DNA of 64,000 bases, taken from assembly GCA_965662895.1 (NCBI GenBank), contig CBFIJH010000001.1, positions 32,001-96,000 on the forward strand, in the 5' to 3' direction. Positions 9,098-19,339 of the stretch are shown here, piece by piece. This DNA comes from Candidatus Poseidoniaceae archaeon (GTDB lineage: Archaea; Thermoplasmatota; Poseidoniia; Poseidoniales; Poseidoniaceae). The notes under the pieces are model-generated. The model searched no databases. It was not told the origin of the DNA and saw nothing but the letters and a program-made list of their open reading frames with translations. The translations under genes were made by a program, and so were the position numbers. Each line of letters begins with the position of its first letter. Position 1 is the stretch's first letter.

Positions 9098-12000
9098 ATG
9101 CGGAAGTTGCTTTTGGTGTCGTTCATGACGCTCTTAGTTTTCATCCCTACAGCGTCAGCATCATCAATTGCTCAACCGACTGAATTTGACATCATCTACC
9201 TTTATCCACTCATGCTCGCATTGTTTATTGCAGCAATGCTGTGGAAATTTTTCGTTCCTCGACAACTTTCAGCCCTACAAGTCGCCTTCGAGATTGATGA
9301 CAACCTGTACGAAGTTCATCGATTGACGAGAAATGTCGATGACGCTAGGGATTTGCTTCAGCAAGGTCGTGTTGCTTTTGGTGTCGGGTTGTACATGATG
9401 GGTATGCTTGGAGTCTTGTTATTGATTTCTGAACTTCTCTTCCAACCGGATACATATTTCGAGCCAAATTTGTGGATCATTGGTTTGTTTGTCTTGATAC
9501 CTATTCTTATTTCACCTTGGGAAACCATGAACGCACAATTGGCAGGCAAGGGAGAAACTCGGGTAGGGTCAACCACTCTCGGAACGGGTGTTCGTCGAAT
9601 TCTTACACTCAGCATATTGCTTGGAGCTACAGCGATCACGCTTGTGTATGGAATGAATCAGAACAATGGAACGATTACACCAGTCTGGCTTGCGATCACA
9701 ATGCTCGTGTTTATGTCGCCAACAATTTTAGCATATGGTCGAATCATGGGTGCGTCCTGGAACATGTTGCTTGTTAACAAGTGGAGAACTGCGAGAGGAC
9801 GTAGGAACCCAATTGACCCGGATAAACCATCCTTCGTCAATCGATTGTTTTCTTTGCTCCTTGTTCTCTTCCTCATTACCATGCCAATTACTGCCCTTAA
9901 TGGCATAGTGACAGTGTTCCACGTTCTTTACAACAGCCCAGATAATGCAGAGGAAGTTCTGAATTTTGGTGGTATCATTGGTCACTCGATATATGTCCGG
10001 ATTGACCTCATCTCTGAGATCCTGTTCCATTGGGAATTCATAAAATCAATGCCGCAGTTTTTGTCGTTTTATTTGTCACTCAACATTGCAATTGTTGGAT
10101 TAGCGTTTATTTTTGAACTCACACGAAACCTGATTCTTGGAGGGCAAACCTTCGGGGGTATGTTTGGGGTAACGCTGGACACGCCTCGAGAAATTCGTAC
10201 CGAAGAATCAGCACAAGGGCGTCAAATTTCGTTCGCGTTTGCTGGCTTTTCTGGTTATACAGTTCTTCTACTCATCCTTGTCTGTTACAAGGAATTTGGA
10301 GACTTGATGCCGTTTACCTCTGATCTAGAAAATCGAGGATTTAACGAGGAAATGCGTCTTTTGGCAACTTGGATGTTTATCGCTGTTGGAAACGCTGTCT
10401 TTTTGTTCACATGGTTGTTATCGATTGCTCAACTTTCTCCACTGCGTCAAATCCGCTTCGATTTAGATCCAGAAGAGCGTCGCGAAGGTGCGGTTATGTT
10501 TGCCGGTGGCGATTGGATGCGAGAATACATCGACAATGCAGCTCTACAGGAAGATGTTGACAGTTTGATTCGGTTTCAAAAACAGGATATTGAGGGTGAT
10601 CAATCTCTGGTTCGACACGAAAAAGCACGTGCAAAAATGTGGGAATCTGCCATCCGTGGACTCTGGCCAAAGTCGATTGAAGAAGCCAAGAAGGTTCTGG
10701 CTCAGTCCGGCGGTGATGATGATGAGGCACGAATGCTCATTGCAACTGGATACATTGCAACACGTCGTCTCGATGCTGCACGAGGTGCATTGCGAGGATT
10801 GCAACAGCCGGAAGGTTACGATGAGCCTGAACTCCTCGCCTTCATGTGCGAATGGTTGGATCCTTGGCATGGAAGTGTCGATGAGGATGACCTCTGGGAT
10901 TGGGAAAACAATTCAACGATCGATCATCTCAACGAAAAAATGCGCATGTTGCGTTACTGGTCTCCTTCTTTTTCCAAAGAATCAATTCAACACAACGATA
11001 GGATTTCGCTTGTATCAATGATCTCCAACATTGCGACTCTCCGAATGCAACGTCGACACGAAGATGCATTGGAGTTGGCATTGGAAGCCGTCAAACAAGA
11101 CCCACTTGGTGTCCGCCCACGTATCGCTGCGTGTCTGTGCTTACTCGATCGAGGAGATTGGCATCAAGCCCTATCAATCTACAAGGAACTCCGTGAAAGC
11201 GATGTTAACGATCCTCGTGTCAAAGCATTGTCCGTTATTCTCGGTCACGAAGCAGATGCTGAAGACATCGAAGTATCTCTTGTTCTCGAAAAAGGCAAAT
11301 CACTTCGACGTTGGCTTGATGATGCTCCAGTTAACCCTGTAGCAGGTTTGGCAACCAAAGGAGGAATTGATGAAGCGATCAATGCCAATGTGATGATTGT
11401 GAGTCATGAAGCGGTGCGGCGTGGCATGACGCCTCGATATTCTTCCTCGCTGATTTCTCGAACCATACAATTTGTTCTTCTACCGATGATTTTTGTTCTT
11501 GCTGGAATTGGTTTGGATTCACTGTATGGGGCCGCTGAAGGCGCTGTTGCGACAATTACACTGTTTGTGTTGCAAATGGGCTTCCATCGATTTAATCGAC
11601 AACAACGAAAGCAAATCAAACACCGAGACCAGCGTTCGTTGATTGATTATGCAAAGATGATGAAACGTTCAAAGGTGAAACCCAGTAGGGAAAATATCCC
11701 TGTGGGGACTCATCTTTTGCTTTCGGGCATCCTCGTTACTGTCAACGGTGTTGTTCTTGATATCGGTCTTCCGGGTTGGCTTACTGAGCGATTGCCAAAA
11801 GATTCGGACAAAACAATACGCTCGAGACTAAAACGAAACGCAACATCCATCTCAAAAAACAAGCCTGGTAAGCTTTCAATCTTAACATCGGGTTGGTGGC
11901 TCAAGCGACCGAAGGAAGAAGATGCGGACACACCTGCGCTCGAGCGTTTGATTGGACCTGTAGCATACCGTGGACGGCAAACGATGGTCCAGAACAAAAC

Positions 12001-12151
12001 CACGAGATTAAATCGGTCAACGAGCATTGGCCCTAGCAAGTCTCCTGTTACTGATTTGAATCTCTCGAAACGGAATGTTCCAACCCATACGATAGCAAGT
12101 GAACGTTCAACGTACTCAGGTCCGCGGCGACCGGGTCGACGACCGAGTTGA
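9098..12151 (+). CDS. Large polytopic membrane protein with TPR-like cytoplasmic region, unknown function
   Basis: About 10 N-terminal hydrophobic segments, a helical-repeat region (EARMLIATGY..., ALELALEAVKQDP..., WHQALSIY), two more TMs and a basic tail; ATG 9098 lies 30 nt after TTGAT. Confidence 0.7.
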   Translation: MRKLLLVSFMTLLVFIPTASASSIAQPTEFDIIYLYPLMLALFIAAMLWKFFVPRQLSALQVAFEIDDNLYEVHRLTRNVDDARDLLQQGRVAFGVGLYMMGMLGVLLLISELLFQPDTYFEPNLWIIGLFVLIPILISPWETMNAQLAGKGETRVGSTTLGTGVRRILTLSILLGATAITLVYGMNQNNGTITPVWLAITMLVFMSPTILAYGRIMGASWNMLLVNKWRTARGRRNPIDPDKPSFVNRLFSLLLVLFLITMPITALNGIVTVFHVLYNSPDNAEEVLNFGGIIGHSIYVRIDLISEILFHWEFIKSMPQFLSFYLSLNIAIVGLAFIFELTRNLILGGQTFGGMFGVTLDTPREIRTEESAQGRQISFAFAGFSGYTVLLLILVCYKEFGDLMPFTSDLENRGFNEEMRLLATWMFIAVGNAVFLFTWLLSIAQLSPLRQIRFDLDPEERREGAVMFAGGDWMREYIDNAALQEDVDSLIRFQKQDIEGDQSLVRHEKARAKMWESAIRGLWPKSIEEAKKVLAQSGGDDDEARMLIATGYIATRRLDAARGALRGLQQPEGYDEPELLAFMCEWLDPWHGSVDEDDLWDWENNSTIDHLNEKMRMLRYWSPSFSKESIQHNDRISLVSMISNIATLRMQRRHEDALELALEAVKQDPLGVRPRIAACLCLLDRGDWHQALSIYKELRESDVNDPRVKALSVILGHEADAEDIEVSLVLEKGKSLRRWLDDAPVNPVAGLATKGGIDEAINANVMIVSHEAVRRGMTPRYSSSLISRTIQFVLLPMIFVLAGIGLDSLYGAAEGAVATITLFVLQMGFHRFNRQQRKQIKHRDQRSLIDYAKMMKRSKVKPSRENIPVGTHLLLSGILVTVNGVVLDIGLPGWLTERLPKDSDKTIRSRLKRNATSISKNKPGKLSILTSGWWLKRPKEEDADTPALERLIGPVAYRGRQTMVQNKTTRLNRSTSIGPSKSPVTDLNLSKRNVPTHTIASERSTYSGPRRPGRRPS

Positions 12152-12198
12152 ACAGAGCGGTTCATAGACTTCATGAACCTCATTGTTGTGGTCGTCTT

Positions 12199-13491
12199 AT
12201 GTCCAAGCGAACACCTCGTGAATCCGTGAATGCTGTCTTGGCTGCATCTGCTCAAAGCACCAACCTCTATGGTCATGGCCTTGGTATGATTGCGTCAGAG
12301 AACATCATTTCCCCAAATGTCAAACGAGCAATAAATTCCGATCTTCATGGTCGTTATGCAGAAGGATTGCCGGGAAAACGATACTATCAGGGCTGTGATG
12401 ATTTCGACACCATTGAAACGATTGGAATCGATCTCGCAAAACGTGTCTTTCAAGCAAATTTCGCTAACATTCAATCAATTTCTGGTACCGTTTCCAACAT
12501 TGGTGCATTGAAGGCCTTGGCCAAACCAGGTGATTCGATTACTGCAGTATCAACAGCTGACGGAGGCCACATCTCACACGCTCGAATGGGTGCGGTTGGA
12601 TTGCGTGACCTGAACATCTCGACGTATCCTTGGGACGTCGATCGAATGGAGCCAGATATTGATGCCTCATGCCGACTCATACGTGAGGTGCAACCAAAAA
12701 TTACACTGGTTGGCCAATCTGTCTTCCTCTTTCCAACCCCGTTGAAAGAACTCGCAGATGCAGCCCACGAAGTTGGCTCGACGGTCATGTACGATGGTGC
12801 ACATGTCTTAGGACTCATTGCAGGAGGCGTATTCCAGGATCCTCTTCGAGAAGGAGCAGATGTTATGACGGGTTCATCGCACAAGACCTTTCCAGGACCA
12901 CAAGGTGGATTTTTACTTTCATCAAGTGAGGATTCGACATTCCATCGTCGTCTTAACAATGCTATGTTTCCGGGTGTTTGCTCTTCATACCATCTCCATC
13001 ATGTGGCTGGGAAAGTCGTAGCACTCGCAGAGTTTGAGGCATTTGGAAAAGCATATGCAAGCGATATCGTCCGAAATGCAAAAGCATTCGCGGAAAATTT
13101 AGCAGCGGAAGGCTTTGATGTTTTAGCAGAATCTCGCGGTTACACGGCATCCCATCAAGTCCTAACTCGGCATGGAGCAGTTGATTCAGGTGCAGGTGCT
13201 GTAGCTGCGAAAAAGTTGGAGGATGCTGGAATCATTACCAATATGAACATGCTTCCCGGGGATACAAAGGCCATGACACCTTCTGGATTACGATTGGGTG
13301 TCCAGGAACTCACACGTGTTGGTATGGGCGTAAACGAGATGGCTGAGGTTGCATCGATGTATGCTAGAGTCCTTGTTCACGGTGAGGATCCGAAACGTGT
13401 TCGTGGAGATGTGAAACATTTGAAATCTGATTTTCAGCACGTTCAATACTGTTTTGATTCTGAGTCAATGCCTGCCTATGAAGGGATGTGA
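12199..13491 (+). CDS. glyA: Serine hydroxymethyltransferase
   Basis: IASEN, RYAEGLPGKRYYQGC, GGHISH, YDGAHVLGL, SSHKTFPGPQGG, SGLRLG. Confidence 0.96.
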   Translation: MSKRTPRESVNAVLAASAQSTNLYGHGLGMIASENIISPNVKRAINSDLHGRYAEGLPGKRYYQGCDDFDTIETIGIDLAKRVFQANFANIQSISGTVSNIGALKALAKPGDSITAVSTADGGHISHARMGAVGLRDLNISTYPWDVDRMEPDIDASCRLIREVQPKITLVGQSVFLFPTPLKELADAAHEVGSTVMYDGAHVLGLIAGGVFQDPLREGADVMTGSSHKTFPGPQGGFLLSSSEDSTFHRRLNNAMFPGVCSSYHLHHVAGKVVALAEFEAFGKAYASDIVRNAKAFAENLAAEGFDVLAESRGYTASHQVLTRHGAVDSGAGAVAAKKLEDAGIITNMNMLPGDTKAMTPSGLRLGVQELTRVGMGVNEMAEVASMYARVLVHGEDPKRVRGDVKHLKSDFQHVQYCFDSESMPAYEGM

Positions 13492-14510
13492 GGCTCATCC
13501 CACTGGGCACGGGTTTGCGAGCATCCCCCAATCTTGGAATCGTCAACCATGGTGCTCTCGGTGATGTCATCGTCTGGCGACAACACGAATTCCATGCATG
13601 GTGGAACGGATTTGAGCAGATGTTTGAACATCCCTTGAGCAGGATGTTCGTTAATGCAATTCTTGATTCGCTTGAATTCAAGCAAATTCTCAAGCCACCA
13701 AGAGGAATATTTGGTAAGAAAAGATTCAATTCTGAATTGACTCAATTGTGTTCTTCCTTAGGATGGGGCAAAGTCGCCATCGATGAACGAAGCGTCGCTC
13801 ATGGTGTGCATCCGCTGCTTTCTGTTGCATTCTGTCAATATGTTGTTGAGACGTACGATCAACAACGTTACAAAGTACGATGGACGGAGCCGTACCCCCA
13901 AGCTGTGCAACTTGAGATGGAAGAAACGGCGAGCGTGCCCAGCCCTAAGCCGAGCAATCATTTTCCTTGGTCGCGAAACAAAGAGAACATCAATTTCAAC
14001 ACGCCATCGATCGAAATTGAACAACATTCCCATTTCGACTTACGGTTGGAAGGTGAGCGTGTACTGATCGTTCCAATCGATGCATTTGACAGGTTTTTTT
14101 CCTCATGCTTGCCATATACGCCAAATTCTCATCAAGATTGGTTCAATTATGATGGCAAGCACGATGCGACTATCTCAAATCTCTTGGTTACAATCGTAAA
14201 GTCAATCGCAACCATGTTCCTACAATCGGAGCAACCGGTGTACATCATCGATGAGGCGAGCTGGGAAGCCTACATTCATCACTATCTCGTTGAACGTGGG
14301 TGGGGCAAAGCGAGTGAAATCGACTATGACGAATCGACGTGTGAACTCAATGCATCTTTCGTGGCTGACAAAAACCTACCATTCACTCTTGGGATGCTAT
14401 GTGGGATTTGGGAACGTGCCCACGGCCGAACCTGCCGTGTGGAATTGCAGCAAAAAAATGAAATTTTTTTCGTGAAAATTCAATCATTACTCCACTACCA
14501 AAACAATTGA
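13488..14510 (+). CDS. Hypothetical protein with two putative V4R-like domains
   Basis: Duplicated pattern LGWG / RGWG plus FTLGMLCGIWERAHG; start overlaps the glyA stop. Confidence 0.5.
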   Translation: MRLIPLGTGLRASPNLGIVNHGALGDVIVWRQHEFHAWWNGFEQMFEHPLSRMFVNAILDSLEFKQILKPPRGIFGKKRFNSELTQLCSSLGWGKVAIDERSVAHGVHPLLSVAFCQYVVETYDQQRYKVRWTEPYPQAVQLEMEETASVPSPKPSNHFPWSRNKENINFNTPSIEIEQHSHFDLRLEGERVLIVPIDAFDRFFSSCLPYTPNSHQDWFNYDGKHDATISNLLVTIVKSIATMFLQSEQPVYIIDEASWEAYIHHYLVERGWGKASEIDYDESTCELNASFVADKNLPFTLGMLCGIWERAHGRTCRVELQQKNEIFFVKIQSLLHYQNN

Positions 14511-14610
14511 CACCTCCGCTTTGACCCGACTTAAAGCGAGCAAAGAAGGTCAAGGTTCATAACCGAACCATGTCGTGGTGAGGCTCGTCAAGACGCGGAG
14601 GCTTCGTTAC

Positions 14611-17600
14611 ATGTCCCTTAACCACAATCAAATGGCTTATGCTGCAATTATTTCAACACTGATTTTTGGGTCGCTCTTTGTGGGTATTAGCGGGTTCTAC
14701 CAAACCTCCTCAGGGGTCGGTGATTTCGATAGCGCTGCAGAGGAAGACCTCAATCCAAACGTGGAGATAACTTCTGGCGATGCAATCGATACGGATGGCG
14801 ATGGGTTACCGGACGTGCTAGAGGAATCCCAATACGGGACGCTCAAAGACGACCCGGATACTGATAACGATGGGATGAGTGATGGATGGGAGGTTGAGCA
14901 CGGACTCAACCCTCTCGACAGCGGTGAATCTGAGATTGCTGAAGAAGAATCAGGCTCAACAAATACAGCTGAGGACGCTGAATCAAGCAATGAAAGCGAC
15001 TCTTGGCCGGACCCTACCCAAGGAAAGTATGGTGATCCAGACAATGACGGACTTACCAACGAACAAGAGGCTGAGTTGGGTACAGACCCGCAGCGTGCAG
15101 ACAGCGACAACGATGGTCTCAACGATCGTTGGGAGTCCTTGTACACGCAGAATGTCTCGTCGCCGGATGGTACCGTTACATTGTTCGATCCGCTTTCCGG
15201 AAACTGGAACTGTGCCCTCCTTAACGGCCCACTTGAACAAACGCTCGCAGACATGCTTGAAGGTTTTGAAGGTGCGCCAACATGGGAAGAATTGCAGAAT
15301 CCTCTCGGCAAGTATTCTTGCGATCAGGTTCTCGACTTCGACGATGACGGTCTCCTCAACTTCCAAGAAGAGGAATACGGCACAAACCCGGCTTCGAAAG
15401 ATTCAGATGACGATATGTTGCCAGATATCCTTGAAGTTAACAATGCGAACATGATTCTTGATTTCCAACTCGGTTCATCATGCGGTGAACCGCTGATCAC
15501 GCCTCCTTCACAACGTCTACCAACCGTTGCTCCGTTTGCTGATGAAGTGAGCGCATCATGGTTTTTGTCTGACATGGATGGCGATGGATATCTTAACGGG
15601 CCCAGTGATTGGGATACCGATGGCGATGGAATGCCGGATGGGTTTGAGTATTGTTTCTCGCAAAAAGACAACCACCCCTTTGCGAGTGTTAACCCGCAAA
15701 AAGCCACATCTGAGCGACTAAGTCCATCGAACGCATCTGACGGTTACAGCGATTGGGACGAAGACGGTCTAAACAATCTTGAAGAGTATCAAGTTGCGTT
15801 AAAATTCGGACTTACAAATGGTCTACCTTCGTTTACTTCTCCATGGACGGAAGATACGGACCAGGACAGCATGCCGGATGGTTGGGAAGCAACACAATTC
15901 AACCGTACAACGCTTGAGTACCCATTGAATCCCCGAAATGCAAGCAACGCAAATGATGACATCGATTTTGACGGATGGGATTCAGATGGTGATGGTGACG
16001 TCGTTTTTGATGAACTTGAACTCACGACAACTGTTGTCGACATCTATGTGGCGAAAGGCGACTATGTGACTGCGAACTCAACCGTTGCTCGAGGCCAATA
16101 CACGCTCGGAGGAGGCAACAAGCAAACCGTCTACCTGGTCGCACCTGTTGATGGTTACGTTTACCACATCAACGTCGCGCCTGGCGATCAGATCGAATCA
16201 AGATTGTTTGTTTGGATGAACATTGTTGAAGAATCTGAGAGATTTACCAATCTCATGGAATATGAGGCTCGACTTGATGAAAACGGCAATGAAGCCGGCC
16301 GTTCCACTGACCCGACGCATGGGGATACAGATCTCGATGGGCTTCTAGATGGTATCGAAGTTGGTGGTTGGGAAATTCTTGTTGTCAATCGTGGTGTTCA
16401 ACTTACTTGGGTCGTCTCTGACCCAGGTGTTGCTGATACCGATTCCGATGGTTTGTCGGACTTTGAAGAATTCTCATCTTCTTGTGATGGTCAAGGATCG
16501 AATGCATCCAATGTTGATACCGACGGTGATGGAGAAAGTGACCAACAAGAAGCCAAACTGGGCTACATGTTCAATGGAGAACAGTACTTCACATCAGCGT
16601 GTATGTTCGATACCGACAATGACGGGTTGGAAGACGGTGAAGAAGTAATCGCCGGGGCAGATAACTTCGTTACCCACGCAAACAATTCTGACACAGACAA
16701 TGATGGTCTCATTGACGGCAATGAGATTCTTTTCATTCCACGTCCATTCCAACACGAGACCAATCCACTCATCAATGACACGGATGCAGACGGCATGCTG
16801 GATGGATGGGAGATGCAGGTAAAATCGACTGAGGACAACACTAATTCTCACTCGCTTTGGGTTGCTGTCTCCAATTGGGATCGCCCTGGCTGTACTGAGA
16901 GTACTTCAAACAGTTGTCTCATGGAGCCAGGCGGCTATGTGTGGATCAACTGGCTCGGTGGTTTCCAACTGCAAAAGAAGTATGAAGTTCATGAAATGAA
17001 CCTCTCTGGTTTTGATATGCCCGGTAACCTGTTGTGCGATGGTTGCAAGGGACGATGGGCTCTCGACCCTTCCCTCAACTCATTGAAGGATGACACCTTT
17101 GACGTCGACAACGATACACTGCCGAATGGTGCTGAATCCCCCTCGAATTGGAACACAAACCCAGTGGATGATGATACAGACGGTGATATGTTACCAGACG
17201 GTTGGGAAGTACGATATTCCTATGAAGCCATCAACAACAATCTTGTCGACAACGCTACCGTAAGTGCTTATGGTGCACGTGGTGTCATGGACCCTTCGAT
17301 GAAAGACAGTGACCTGGATGGAATCAATGATGGTGAAGAAGACCCCGATAGTGACGGATTAAACCGCACTGGCCTGATTAAGAAATACTGCCCAGGGTAC
17401 AACGATTCGACCAATGCAGAGTGCAACATCGATCCTGATTCCCCTGATGGTATGAAATTTTACAACAACCTTGAAAATTATACAAATTTCGAAGAATTAC
17501 AAAATGGAACAAATCCAGTCAGCAACGATACTGATGGCGATGCTTGGGAAGATGGTCCTGAAGTTTACTACATGGATCACGACGATGATGGTATGGCAAC

Positions 17601-17772
17601 GGGTTGGGAATTCCACTTTGAGTTCGATCCATTTGATGGAGCCGATCGACTTGTTGATAGCGACGGGGATGGACACACGAATTACTGTGAATTCAAGTGG
17701 GATACGAACCCACGAAACCCTGTAAGCTTCCCTGGTCAAGGCGAGTTATGCGATCCATTTGAAGGTCAGTAA
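14611..17772 (+). CDS. Membrane-anchored acidic Ca-binding protein with many bacterial TSP3-like repeats and an internal lipoyl/biotinyl-like domain
   Basis: N-terminal TM; about 20 DxDxDGxxDxxE...xNP motifs; GGAGG SD before ATG 14611. Confidence 0.85.
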   Translation: MSLNHNQMAYAAIISTLIFGSLFVGISGFYQTSSGVGDFDSAAEEDLNPNVEITSGDAIDTDGDGLPDVLEESQYGTLKDDPDTDNDGMSDGWEVEHGLNPLDSGESEIAEEESGSTNTAEDAESSNESDSWPDPTQGKYGDPDNDGLTNEQEAELGTDPQRADSDNDGLNDRWESLYTQNVSSPDGTVTLFDPLSGNWNCALLNGPLEQTLADMLEGFEGAPTWEELQNPLGKYSCDQVLDFDDDGLLNFQEEEYGTNPASKDSDDDMLPDILEVNNANMILDFQLGSSCGEPLITPPSQRLPTVAPFADEVSASWFLSDMDGDGYLNGPSDWDTDGDGMPDGFEYCFSQKDNHPFASVNPQKATSERLSPSNASDGYSDWDEDGLNNLEEYQVALKFGLTNGLPSFTSPWTEDTDQDSMPDGWEATQFNRTTLEYPLNPRNASNANDDIDFDGWDSDGDGDVVFDELELTTTVVDIYVAKGDYVTANSTVARGQYTLGGGNKQTVYLVAPVDGYVYHINVAPGDQIESRLFVWMNIVEESERFTNLMEYEARLDENGNEAGRSTDPTHGDTDLDGLLDGIEVGGWEILVVNRGVQLTWVVSDPGVADTDSDGLSDFEEFSSSCDGQGSNASNVDTDGDGESDQQEAKLGYMFNGEQYFTSACMFDTDNDGLEDGEEVIAGADNFVTHANNSDTDNDGLIDGNEILFIPRPFQHETNPLINDTDADGMLDGWEMQVKSTEDNTNSHSLWVAVSNWDRPGCTESTSNSCLMEPGGYVWINWLGGFQLQKKYEVHEMNLSGFDMPGNLLCDGCKGRWALDPSLNSLKDDTFDVDNDTLPNGAESPSNWNTNPVDDDTDGDMLPDGWEVRYSYEAINNNLVDNATVSAYGARGVMDPSMKDSDLDGINDGEEDPDSDGLNRTGLIKKYCPGYNDSTNAECNIDPDSPDGMKFYNNLENYTNFEELQNGTNPVSNDTDGDAWEDGPEVYYMDHDDDGMATGWEFHFEFDPFDGADRLVDSDGDGHTNYCEFKWDTNPRNPVSFPGQGELCDPFEGQ

Positions 17773-17774
17773 GT

Positions 17775-19310
17775 ATGTCAAAAAACCACAAAACAAGAAC
17801 ATTCTTGGTTTTGGGTTTTCTGCTTGTGTTGTACATTCAACCTGCTTTTGCTGATAATACAAATCCAACCTCAGGACAAATTGTATTCGATCAACAAGAT
17901 GGTTTTCACGTTGATTCAGGATTGAACATTTCTGGGCAATCGGATGTTCGCCTCACATCAATCGAAATTCAATTATGGAACATTTCCATGCCTGACCAGT
18001 GGTCACTCGTAGCCTCAAGTTCATATCTCGATGTAGTCGTCCCATACACGGATACGGAAACTGAGGCTACCATGTGGTCTTGGCAACACTTCTTTGACAC
18101 TGAAGATATGGACTGCACGTGCTATGTGGAGATATCCCACATGGATCAAACCGATCGACGATCGTTTGGAGTCGTTGTGTATGTGGGGGATGATCATCAT
18201 AGAATCGTGTTGCGCGAAGCCCCTTCGATAGAATCGAATCTTGCGTATTCAACGAAGATTTACAATTCAAATCGAATGAATTTGGAATTTGACGTTCTCA
18301 TGCCTCCGTCTCAAAATGAACCATCATTGACAGAGGAAAATAGCATCCTGCCTATTGTACGTATTTGTCCGGTTTCAAGCGGTATATGTTTGACGAATTA
18401 CTCAACAATTGCAACTACCGAGATAACATTTGAAAACAACCTGCAGATTGTCATTGATGCAAATATCAATCAAATTTCTGATGGATTCTATTCGCTACAG
18501 GTTCAAATCCAAGATAAGTTCTTGACGTTATCAAACAACATAACCGATTTTATCATTCTTGATCAAACAAGTCCTACAGTGACATTGACTGCTGTTGATT
18601 CGGCTGAGGAATCTGAATTCATCGTAGTTGACATTGATGTCGATGATTCCTACAGTGGTTCAAGTTTTACGATGACGTGGACCATCACTGAGCCGAATGG
18701 TACGCAACGTTCTATTTCTGAATCTGAACTTCTGCAAGATAACCGACTCGGATTTGAAACAAAGAATTCAGGGACATACAAAGTCAATGCACTCGTTCGA
18801 GACTTGGGTGGAAATTTGGTCGTTGTTAGTCACAATGTAACCGTTGAGAACGTACCGCCAACACCGCAGATGCGATACGATGGTTTTCTGGTCCTCAACG
18901 GTTCGAGCGTAACCATTCCTGATTTCGACAATTGGGTGTTTAGTGCGAATGAAACATCCGATTCAGAGAACGATCTGAATTCGTTGGAGTATTACTGGTA
19001 CGTCGATGGGAAATCACTGTTAAGCGGCAAATCATTCCTCGCTTCTTCGGACATTGATTCATTGAATTTCAATGAGATACGTCTTGAGGTTGTTGACAAC
19101 GACGGTGTTTCAGTGAATCTGTCGTTTTTTGTTACCGAACAAATGGTCGAATCAAAATCTTCGTACAGTGAATCAACCCTCGTATCGGCGATCACGCTCT
19201 TTTTCATACTCTTCGTTGTCATCACCGTCTTGTTGTACCGCAAGGCTCAGTCCGATACCAATTCTGAGTTCGTAAAATGGACGAAACGTAGTGAAGAGCA
19301 AAAGAATTGA
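17775..19310 (+). CDS. Secreted/surface protein with Ig/PKD-like domains and C-terminal TM anchor
   Basis: Signal peptide (…QPAFA), DQTSPTVT, GTYKVNALVRD, NVPP, YYWYVDG...LEVVDNDG PKD-like motifs, C-terminal hydrophobic helix. Confidence 0.7.
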   Translation: MSKNHKTRTFLVLGFLLVLYIQPAFADNTNPTSGQIVFDQQDGFHVDSGLNISGQSDVRLTSIEIQLWNISMPDQWSLVASSSYLDVVVPYTDTETEATMWSWQHFFDTEDMDCTCYVEISHMDQTDRRSFGVVVYVGDDHHRIVLREAPSIESNLAYSTKIYNSNRMNLEFDVLMPPSQNEPSLTEENSILPIVRICPVSSGICLTNYSTIATTEITFENNLQIVIDANINQISDGFYSLQVQIQDKFLTLSNNITDFIILDQTSPTVTLTAVDSAEESEFIVVDIDVDDSYSGSSFTMTWTITEPNGTQRSISESELLQDNRLGFETKNSGTYKVNALVRDLGGNLVVVSHNVTVENVPPTPQMRYDGFLVLNGSSVTIPDFDNWVFSANETSDSENDLNSLEYYWYVDGKSLLSGKSFLASSDIDSLNFNEIRLEVVDNDGVSVNLSFFVTEQMVESKSSYSESTLVSAITLFFILFVVITVLLYRKAQSDTNSEFVKWTKRSEEQKN

Positions 19311-19339
19311 TTAAAAAACCGTCACGTTGTCGTAGCAGT

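Noticed and set aside
14697-15454. Long alternative-frame ORFs (204 aa minus, 191 aa plus)
   Set aside because: Typical shadow frames of an Asp/Gly-rich gene, with no recognisable motifs.
14611-17772. Repetitive GAT/GAC-rich DNA as a possible CRISPR or tandem array (also 23400-24230)
   Set aside because: The repeats are degenerate at DNA level and in frame, encoding DxDxDG Ca-binding motifs; there is no constant repeat with unique spacers.
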